Shown: piece after piece, positions 35,507-41,648 of the stretch | How the letters are laid out: each line of letters opens with the position of its first letter | Numbering within the stretch: position 1 is the stretch's first letter | Assembly: GCA_038326215.1 (NCBI GenBank) | Contig: JBBQJU010000002.1 | Location: forward strand, 1-41,648 | Direction: 5' to 3' | From: Gemmatimonadales bacterium | GTDB taxonomy: Bacteria; Gemmatimonadota; Gemmatimonadetes; Gemmatimonadales; GWC2-71-9 | Length of the DNA stretch: 41,648 bases | Translations under genes and position numbers: made by a program | Notes under the pieces: generated by a model | The model's input: the letters and a program-made list of their open reading frames with translations, nothing else | Databases searched by the model: none | What the model was told of the DNA's origin: nothing

Positions 35507-35822
35507 GCTGGTACTTGCGGATCTTGGCCAGGAGGGTCGAGCGGGCGATCCCCAGCAGCAGCGCCGCCTGGCGCCGGTTGCCGTGGGTGAAGTGCAGCGT
35601 CGCGCGGAGGTGGCGCGCTTCGGCCGCTTCCAGGGTTTCGGGAGCCGGGAGCATCGCGGCCTCGGTGACCACGAACTCCGGCGCGGGCGCCACCCCGGGG
35701 GGCACCGTCGTCACTTCTTCCGAGACGACGACGTGGCCCCCCGCACGGAGAGCGTCGGCGAGGGCGACGACGTCCTCTCGGCCGGGGTCGGTCACCAGCA
35801 GGCGGATGTGCAGGGGGTGCAT
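35496..35822 (-). CDS. Fis-type helix-turn-helix protein with a short, degenerate N-terminal domain
   Basis: The C-terminus LRATLHFTHGNRRQAALLLGIARSTLLAKIRKY is the Fis/NtrC-type HTH. It overlaps the pseudopilin 3' end convergently by 11 nt. Confidence 0.7.
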   Translation of the reverse strand: MHPLHIRLLVTDPGREDVVALADALRAGGHVVVSEEVTTVPPGVAPAPEFVVTEAAMLPAPETLEAAEARHLRATLHFTHGNRRQAALLLGIARSTLLAKIRKYQLTG

Positions 35823-35891
35823 GCTGAATGATACGGCGACCGGCGATTGGCGAACAGCGAACGGTGTCGGACCCCGAGGCTAGATTCCATC

Positions 35892-36905
35892 ATGCTCGAC
35901 ATCTCCTCGCTCGCCGTCGGCGACAGCGTCCACCACCCCTTCCTCGTCCTCGACGTCGTGGCGAAGGGCGGCGACCACCCGCGCACCGTCCTGGTCCTCG
36001 GTAACCGGACCGGCCGCATCGATACCGCCCCGTTCTGGGCCGGGCGCGACGATCAGGTGAAGGGCCTCAGCAAGGGGATGATCGTCCAGGTCGTCGGCAC
36101 CGTGACGGCCTACCGCGAATCGCGCCAGCTCGATGCCACCTCCGTGCGGGCTCTGCCCAAGGGGTCGATTCCGCTCGCCGACCTCGCGCCATCGGTTGGC
36201 GCCGTCGACGGCTACTGGCAATTCCTCGACGATATTCGCGCCAAGCTGACCGCCCCACGGCTCCGCGCCGTGGTCGATCTCTTCTACGCCGATGACGAAT
36301 TCCGGAGTCGCTACCAGGAATGCCCCGGGGCGCCGGGGACGGGGCACCACGCCGCGATTGGCGGGTTGCTGCAGCACACCTGCGAAGTGGTCAGCATCGG
36401 AAAGCAGATGGCGCGCGTGGCGCGGGCCGACGCCGAGATCGTCACCGTCGGCGCGATGCTCCACGACATCGGCAAACTCGAGACGTACAGTTGGGCCACC
36501 GGCGTCTTCGACACGACCGAGCGCGGCCGACTGCTTGGCCACGTGGTGCAAGGGTACGCCATGTTCCGCGAACGCGTCGCCGCCCAGGCCACGCCGCCCT
36601 GCACCGCTGACGAGCAGACCCTGATCGAGCATCTGATCCTCTCCCACCATGGCCAGCTCGAGTACGGATCACCGGTGCGTCCACTGACGCTCGAGGCGGA
36701 GATCCTCCACTACGCCGACGACGCCTCGGCCAAGACCGCCTCGATCAATGACGCCTACGCTTCCCCCGAACTCTTCCCGGGCGAGGCGCGGACGTCGACC
36801 AAGAAGGTCTGGCAGTTCGACAATCGGTGGCTGGTGCGGTTGGCGCCGGACTTCGGACGCGAGGAAGATGGCGACCACGAAGAAGCGGCCGACCAGCAGG
36901 GCTGA
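35892..36905 (+). CDS. OB-fold + HD-domain phosphohydrolase (YhaM-like 3'-5' exoribonuclease family)
   Basis: The N-terminal OB-like segment is FLVLDVVAKG...GMIVQVVGTVTAYRESRQL. The HD motifs are HHAAIGGLLQHT and MLHDIGK. Confidence 0.75.
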   Translation: MLDISSLAVGDSVHHPFLVLDVVAKGGDHPRTVLVLGNRTGRIDTAPFWAGRDDQVKGLSKGMIVQVVGTVTAYRESRQLDATSVRALPKGSIPLADLAPSVGAVDGYWQFLDDIRAKLTAPRLRAVVDLFYADDEFRSRYQECPGAPGTGHHAAIGGLLQHTCEVVSIGKQMARVARADAEIVTVGAMLHDIGKLETYSWATGVFDTTERGRLLGHVVQGYAMFRERVAAQATPPCTADEQTLIEHLILSHHGQLEYGSPVRPLTLEAEILHYADDASAKTASINDAYASPELFPGEARTSTKKVWQFDNRWLVRLAPDFGREEDGDHEEAADQQG

Positions 36906-37233
36906 TCGACCGCTTCACATTCCAGCGCAGACGCTCGGGGGCGTTGCAAGGGAATGGGCGCTGTGGGTCAGACCAGCTCGCGGACCGTTCGCCCACACGG
37001 CTCTCCGAGGCGCTGGATCGGAGAGGATGAAGCGTGCGACACGCCCCATCGGTACTCCATCCAAGCTATCGCACCCCAAAAAAGCCGCAAGTGCCTGATT
37101 TTATTCGGGTTAGCTCATGCCTAGTGGGCAACAATGTGGGTTCGAAGTCGCCATCACCGCGGCACTTCCCCCTTTTCTCCACGCCATGTGGAGATGTTAA
37201 TCCACATCCCCACATACCCTCTGGCGCGCTTCG

Positions 37234-37848
37234 TTACAATCCGCCGGTGACACCGCGGGGCCGCAACGGGATCTCAAGGGTCCGCAACACCCCGTCGGCG
37301 GCGACGTCATACTTGTCGGCGGCAGCCTCGACCGAGGCGGCGCTCAACCGGAGGCGAGGGAGCGAGGGCATCGGGACGGCGAGCTGGCTTGCCAACGTCT
37401 TGTCGCACGTCACGAGCCCCGCGCTGGTCGAGGTGAGCGAGGCGCGGTAGACGGCGAGGGCGTCATCGCCGATCTTCGCCGAGGTGCGCAGTGACGAGAG
37501 CTTCGGTTGAGCCGCGACGATGGTGCGCGCGGCGGCCTGGCACGCCCCGCGGAGTCGACGGGCAGAGGCCATCGCCATGGCGGGGGACGACGCCCGTTGC
37601 AGCCGCGCCGCTTCGGCCTGCGCCACCAGCAAGGTGTCACGGATGGTCTTCATGGTGACCTGGAGCTCCGCCTTGGCCGAGTCCAGCCGCACGTCAAAGA
37701 AGACCGACGACGCGGAGTTGAGCCGCTGCTGCGCGAGTGCCCGCTCCTCGGGGGTCATCTGCTTCACGGCTTCTGACGGCGAAATCTTCTGCGCCGAGAG
37801 CGGTGCCGCCATCACGACGGCCAACGCGACGATCCATCTGGTCTTCAT
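37234..37848 (-). CDS. hypothetical secreted helical protein
   Basis: It has the signal MKTRWIVALAVVMAAPLSAQ. The ATG overlaps the upstream stop (ATGA). Confidence 0.6.
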   Translation of the reverse strand: MKTRWIVALAVVMAAPLSAQKISPSEAVKQMTPEERALAQQRLNSASSVFFDVRLDSAKAELQVTMKTIRDTLLVAQAEAARLQRASSPAMAMASARRLRGACQAAARTIVAAQPKLSSLRTSAKIGDDALAVYRASLTSTSAGLVTCDKTLASQLAVPMPSLPRLRLSAASVEAAADKYDVAADGVLRTLEIPLRPRGVTGGL

Positions 37849-38459
37849 GAGTCGATCCCCACTTCGATATAGCGCCAGGCCGAGTCCGTCCCCTCATCGC
37901 CGAGGAAGAGGACCCCTCCAGCGGAGGCGGCGAACCACCCGGCAATCATTCGGCGTGAAACATCCAGTTCCTGCACGATCGGCGGCAACCACCGCCGCAA
38001 GTGGCGCAGCTCCGGCGCGCGACGCCCGAGCTGCGCAAAGATTGCCCCCGCACCCAAGGTGATGCGGAGAAAGTGCGCCAGCGCGATCGCCCGGTCCGCA
38101 AAACCGATCGCCAGCACGCCGGGTTCATCCAGCAGCACCTCGCCATCCGGCGGCAGCGCCTGCGGGGTGTCGAGGCGCGGCCCAAGGAAGATGTAGCGGC
38201 GGCCCTCGGCGGTCTTCCGCTCCACGACGGCGGCGGCGGTGTCGCTGGTCAGCCGCCCGGCGTGGAGGAGGTCGTCATCGGGCAGGATCCCCACCACCCG
38301 CGTCCACTCCAGGGCGCCCAGCAACTGTTCCATGGGGCAGCCAATGGTGTCGTCGAAGGCGACGAAGCGCGGGGCCTCGCCAGCGCGGAGGACGGCGTGG
38401 GCCATCGCCTCGGCCCGGTCCGCAAAGGTGCGCACCGTCAGCGTCGTCGGGGTAGTCAT
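37845..38459 (-). CDS. hypothetical cytoplasmic protein
   Basis: ATG at 38459 lies inside the ORF track entry 37845..38807. The composition is ordinary from MTTPTTLTVRTFADRAEAMAH onward, and the upstream extension is S/T/R-rich. Confidence 0.6.
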   Translation of the reverse strand: MTTPTTLTVRTFADRAEAMAHAVLRAGEAPRFVAFDDTIGCPMEQLLGALEWTRVVGILPDDDLLHAGRLTSDTAAAVVERKTAEGRRYIFLGPRLDTPQALPPDGEVLLDEPGVLAIGFADRAIALAHFLRITLGAGAIFAQLGRRAPELRHLRRWLPPIVQELDVSRRMIAGWFAASAGGVLFLGDEGTDSAWRYIEVGIDS

Positions 38460-38541
38460 GCTGTGATGATAGACCGCAGAGGCAGTCGCGGGTAGGGCCC
38501 CCGCTTGCGTCGGTGCCTTGTGCCGACCCACGTTTGGTGGC

Positions 38542-40197
38542 ATGAATGACCTCCCCTCCATCCGCAGTCGGGTCACCGCCGGCACCGTGCTCCTCCTCCT
38601 CTTGGTCTGGGGGATGACGTTGCTCGGCGTGTCGGCGATGAAATCGCTCGATTCGGCGGTCCAGGACGAGCTCGCAACGTTCCGGGAGGCAACGGTCGTC
38701 GTCCAGGAACTGACGCGCGAGGTGGTGACGGCGGTCCGGATCGGGGACGCACTGGCGCTGACGCCTGAGGACTCCGCCAGCCGCCTCAACCTCTCGGCGG
38801 CCTTCACCAGCGTGCGCGGTGCCAGCAGCAGCTATGGCGCGCTCTCGCTGACCCCTCCCGAGCGAAAGGCGCTGGGTCGGATTGATGCCCTCGTCTCGCG
38901 ACTGGAGAAGAGCAGCGGGGCCGGGACCCCGGACGGTCGCCGTGTCGCGACGGCCGACTCGCTGCTCGATGACGTTCGCGCCCTCGTGGCGGTGCAGGCC
39001 GCGGCCGCCTCGGATCGGGCCAGCGACCTGGCCAGCAACAGTGAGGAGCGACGCACCTTCGTCTGGCTGCTCTTCGGGCTCGCCCTGATCCTCGGCATCT
39101 GGTCGGCGGTCTACACCGTGCGCGCGGTGGTGCTGCCACTGCGCCGACTGGTCGACGCCACCGAACGCGTCGGCGCCGGCGACCTCCGGCCGATCGACCT
39201 CGGACCGATGCCGAAGGAGCTCGGCCTCCTCGCGGCCGCGGTTCGCCGGATGAGCGAAGGGCTCCGCGGCGTGGTCGGCAGCGTCGCCGACGTCAGCAGC
39301 ACGCTGACTGAAAATGCCGGGGCGCTCTCGCGCCGCTCGGAGCAGCTCACCGAGAGCGCGACCCAGGTGTCGCGCGCCATCGGTGCGGTGTCCGCGTCCG
39401 CCGAGAAGCAGGCGACCGCCACGCGCGAGAGCGACGACTTGTTGAGCGACCTCCGCGCCGCCGCCGCGCGCAGTGCCGGTGCGGGGCAGCGGGTGGTGCT
39501 GGTCGCCGACCGAATTCGCCGCACGGCCGATACCCACCGCAGCCACCTCGGCGCCGCGTCGGAGACCTTGCTGGAGCTGCATGAGGTGGTCGCCCAAACC
39601 ACGTCATCGGTCGGTCGACTGACCAACGCGGCGGCCGCCGTGTCGGAATTTGTCGCGCTCACCGGACAGCTGGCGGCGCAGACCGAATTGCTGGCGCTCA
39701 ATGCGGCGATCGAGGCGGCGCGTGCCGGCGCGGCGGGCGAGGGCTTCGCGGTCGTCGCCGGCGAGATCCGGCAACTGGCGGAGACCAGCGCCGAGGGCGC
39801 GCGCCGGATTGCCAAGACGGTGGCAACGCTTGATGAGCAGGTGCGGCTGGTGGCGCAGACGGTCGAGGCGGGCACCGAACGAGTCGCCGGCGTCGAGGAT
39901 GTGGCGGCGGGCGTGACGGCCGCACTGGCAGAGATCGTCGGCTCGGTCGAGGAAGTCGCCGCCGCGGCAGGCACGGTGGCGCGCGAGGCCGCGGCGCACC
40001 GAGAGCTCGCCGACCGGCTGGGTGCGACCGCCGCCGATGTCGCACGCGCCGCGCAGGTCAACGCGCATGCGGCGCAAGCGGTGACCGACTCAGCCGTCGA
40101 GCAGTCGGGCGCTACCCATGAAATCGCAACGGCGGCGACCACCGTGGTGGACACCGCCGATCGATTGACGCGCTTGGTGCGGGGCTTCAGGGTCTAG
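38542..40197 (+). CDS. methyl-accepting chemotaxis protein
   Basis: It has two TM helices, a HAMP-like segment and the conserved signalling hairpin [33 protein letters not shown]. Confidence 0.88.
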   Translation: MNDLPSIRSRVTAGTVLLLLLVWGMTLLGVSAMKSLDSAVQDELATFREATVVVQELTREVVTAVRIGDALALTPEDSASRLNLSAAFTSVRGASSSYGALSLTPPERKALGRIDALVSRLEKSSGAGTPDGRRVATADSLLDDVRALVAVQAAAASDRASDLASNSEERRTFVWLLFGLALILGIWSAVYTVRAVVLPLRRLVDATERVGAGDLRPIDLGPMPKELGLLAAAVRRMSEGLRGVVGSVADVSSTLTENAGALSRRSEQLTESATQVSRAIGAVSASAEKQATATRESDDLLSDLRAAAARSAGAGQRVVLVADRIRRTADTHRSHLGAASETLLELHEVVAQTTSSVGRLTNAAAAVSEFVALTGQLAAQTELLALNAAIEAARAGAAGEGFAVVAGEIRQLAETSAEGARRIAKTVATLDEQVRLVAQTVEAGTERVAGVEDVAAGVTAALAEIVGSVEEVAAAAGTVAREAAAHRELADRLGATAADVARAAQVNAHAAQAVTDSAVEQSGATHEIATAATTVVDTADRLTRLVRGFRV

Positions 40198-40201
40198 CGG
40201 G

Positions 40202-40807
40202 TCACTTCTTCTTCTTGACCGGCGGCGCGGCCTTCTTCGCCGGTGCCGCCTTGGCAGCCGGCTTCTTCGCCGCGGCCTTGGAGGCCGGCTTGACTGGCGC
40301 CTTGGAGGCCGGCTTCGCCGGCGCCTTGGGAGCCGGCTTGGCCGGTGCCTTCAGGGCGGGCTTGGCTGGCGCCTTCGGGGCCGGCTTCGCCGTCTTGGCC
40401 GGCGGAGCCGTCCTGGCGGCCTTCGGCGCGTTCGACGTCACTGTGGCCTTCACCGGGACCGCCTTGGCCGCCACCGGCGCTTCCGGGGGCTTGGCGGCCA
40501 CGTGGGGGGTCGGTGGTGGCGGGGTAGGCCGCTTCGGCTTCTCGATCACCAACGGCTTCGACGCCTTCCCGGCCGGGGTCTCCCGAATTTCGGCCAGCAC
40601 CTTCTCGACCTCATCGTGGGTCAGCAGGTTCCGCCGGACACCGTAGCGCATCAGCTCTTCGGCGTGGGCGATGGCATACTCTTCCAAACCTGCGCCAGCC
40701 CTCGACAAGGAGATGATCGCGTTGGCGACCGGACTCCGGAGCACGTGCGCAATGCCCGGGAGGGCTTCCATCAGGGAGGAGATCTGGGGCGCGGCCAATT
40801 CGGTCAT
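40202..40807 (-). CDS. protein with a globular N-domain and a histone-H1/AlgP-like Lys-Ala-Pro repeat tail
   Basis: The C-terminal tail is KAPAKPALKAPAKPAPKAPAKPASKAPVKPAS...KKAAPPVKKKK. I do not recognise the N-domain with confidence. Confidence 0.7.
   Translation of the reverse strand: MTELAAPQISSLMEALPGIAHVLRSPVANAIISLSRAGAGLEEYAIAHAEELMRYGVRRNLLTHDEVEKVLAEIRETPAGKASKPLVIEKPKRPTPPPPTPHVAAKPPEAPVAAKAVPVKATVTSNAPKAARTAPPAKTAKPAPKAPAKPALKAPAKPAPKAPAKPASKAPVKPASKAAAKKPAAKAAPAKKAAPPVKKKK
40275..40394. repeat. five tandem 24-bp coding repeats (8-aa KAPAKPAx units)
   Basis: Units gccttggaggccggcttgactggc, gccttggaggccggcttcgccggc, gccttgggagccggcttggccggt, gccttcagggcgggcttggctggc and gccttcggggccggcttcgccgtc. 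Confidence 0.85.
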
Positions 40808-40963
40808 TCACGGGCCTCGGAAAAACGGCAACGTACGCGCCGCGGACACCCCCCGTCAAGGTATTGGTCGGTCCGACTCTTGACGGCCCCCCAGAAAAGG
40901 CGTACCTAAGAGGGTGTGCCACGGGTCCGACTTCCCGGCCCCCGGAGCCACAGAGGAGCGACG

Positions 40964-41200
40964 ATGGGCCGTCGCCACGTGAAGGAGTACCGGCCGGACG
41001 AGGCGCTCGCCCTCATCATTGCCGACCGCGAGGGACGGCTGATCCACTGCCCGTCCTGCGGCAGTGAGGCCATGGAGCGAACACCCGACCGCCCCGCCGA
41101 TGGGGGGGCGACGCTGGGTCGGGTCGCCCTGACCTGCGGGGAGTGCGCCCGGATGGTCGCCTATATCGATCGCGCCGGGGTCTCCACCTCGCCTCGCTGA
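40964..41200 (+). CDS. small zinc-ribbon protein
   Basis: ATG at 40964 has a GAGGAG RBS. It carries CPSCGS...CGECAR. Confidence 0.6.
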   Translation: MGRRHVKEYRPDEALALIIADREGRLIHCPSCGSEAMERTPDRPADGGATLGRVALTCGECARMVAYIDRAGVSTSPR

Positions 41201-41247
41201 TCATGCGGCCCGCTTGACCTGCCTCCGGGGGTCGGCCATCCTCCCCC

Positions 41248-41648
41248 GATGTTCACGCCTGCGCCCCTGCCCCGTTCCGCCATTCCGGTCGTCATCGCGA
41301 CCGTCTTCATCGACGTCATCGGCTTCGGGATGGTCCTCCCCCTGCTGCCGAGCTATGCGGCCCGGCTGGGCGGGACCCCCGGGAACATCGGCTTGCTGGT
41401 GGCCTCCTACTCCGCCATCCAATTCATCCTCGCGCCGCTCTGGGGCCGAGTGTCCGACCGCATTGGCCGCCGCCCCGTGCTGCTGATCGGACTGGCCGGG
41501 AGCGTCGCCTCGTATCTGGTCTTTGCGTTCGCCACGTCGCTGCCGTTGCTGCTGCTCTCGCGCATTCTTGATGGCGGATCGGGGGCGACCGTCAACGTCG
41601 CCCAGGCCTACCTCGCCGACGAGACCACGCCTGAACAGCGCACCAAGG
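41248..41648 (+). CDS. MFS transporter (Tet/TCR-like N-terminus), 3'-truncated by the window end
   Basis: It is not in the ORF track because it has no stop in the window. The translation MFTPAPLPRSAIPVVIATVFIDVIGFGMVLPLLP...WGRVSDRIGRRPVLLIGL...LDGGSGATVNVAQAYLAD carries MFS motif A. Confidence 0.8.

Noticed and set aside
37128-37165. The string gtgggttcgaagtcgcc resembles a tRNA T-arm, and gttagctca resembles a D-arm.
   Set aside because: The flanking bases do not pair into a T stem, acceptor stem or anticodon arm on either strand. At most this is a degraded fragment.
37234-38459. Two adjacent genes of identical length (204 aa each) suggested a tandem duplication.
   Set aside because: The sequences show no similarity by eye. 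One has a signal peptide and is helical, and the other is cytoplasmic. The equal length appears coincidental.

Overview
A high-G+C (judged by eye, not computed) bacterial chromosomal segment. Gene content and repeat style weakly suggest a Gemmatimonadota-like or related soil lineage. I support about 56 protein genes, one tRNA-Cys(GCA), one disrupted gene and many short intergenic repeats. I see no rRNA, CRISPR array, transposase, integrase or phage genes. The ORF track starts ORFs at ATG, GTG or TTG, and many listed ORFs are antisense or out-of-frame artefacts of the high GC content. I kept ORFs with recognisable family motifs or ordinary amino-acid composition, and trimmed several N-termini that run through repeats.

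Content from left to right:
- A cupin, two mini heme-copper-oxidase-like membrane proteins, a Crp/Fnr regulator and a DUF2249 protein, forming one cluster.
- MBL hydrolase, VIT transporter, metallophosphoesterase and a NagB-LmbE fusion.
- An fcl-GT4-ankyrin operon facing a second ankyrin paralogue.
- Orphan genes.
- A DHFR-family gene split by a nested-palindrome MITE-like element, next to vapBC.
- ArsR, AHSA1, DUF1801, a small DUF3309-like ORF, MOSC, DUF4287 and an MFS transporter.
- tRNA-Cys.
- A CopC-Sco-PCuAC-CtaG copper operon.
- An Omp85-like protein.
- A zinc-ribbon protein and an MqnA/D-family protein.
- An FG-GAP, beta-propeller and choice-of-anchor-B operon.
- A response regulator with HD-GYP domain, an orphan pseudopilin, a Fis-type HTH protein and a YhaM-like protein.
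- An MCP, a histone-H1-like protein and a partial MFS gene.

The least explained signal is three or four unrelated REP-like repeat families packed into 41.6 kb. One family has hairpin arms built from tandem heptads (GAACGGC)n, and these arms sit on gene junctions and reach into coding N-termini. The most system-like candidates are the mini-oxidase cluster (174-2952) and the ankyrin/fucose cluster (8585-13524). All functional calls rest on motif recognition without database searches.
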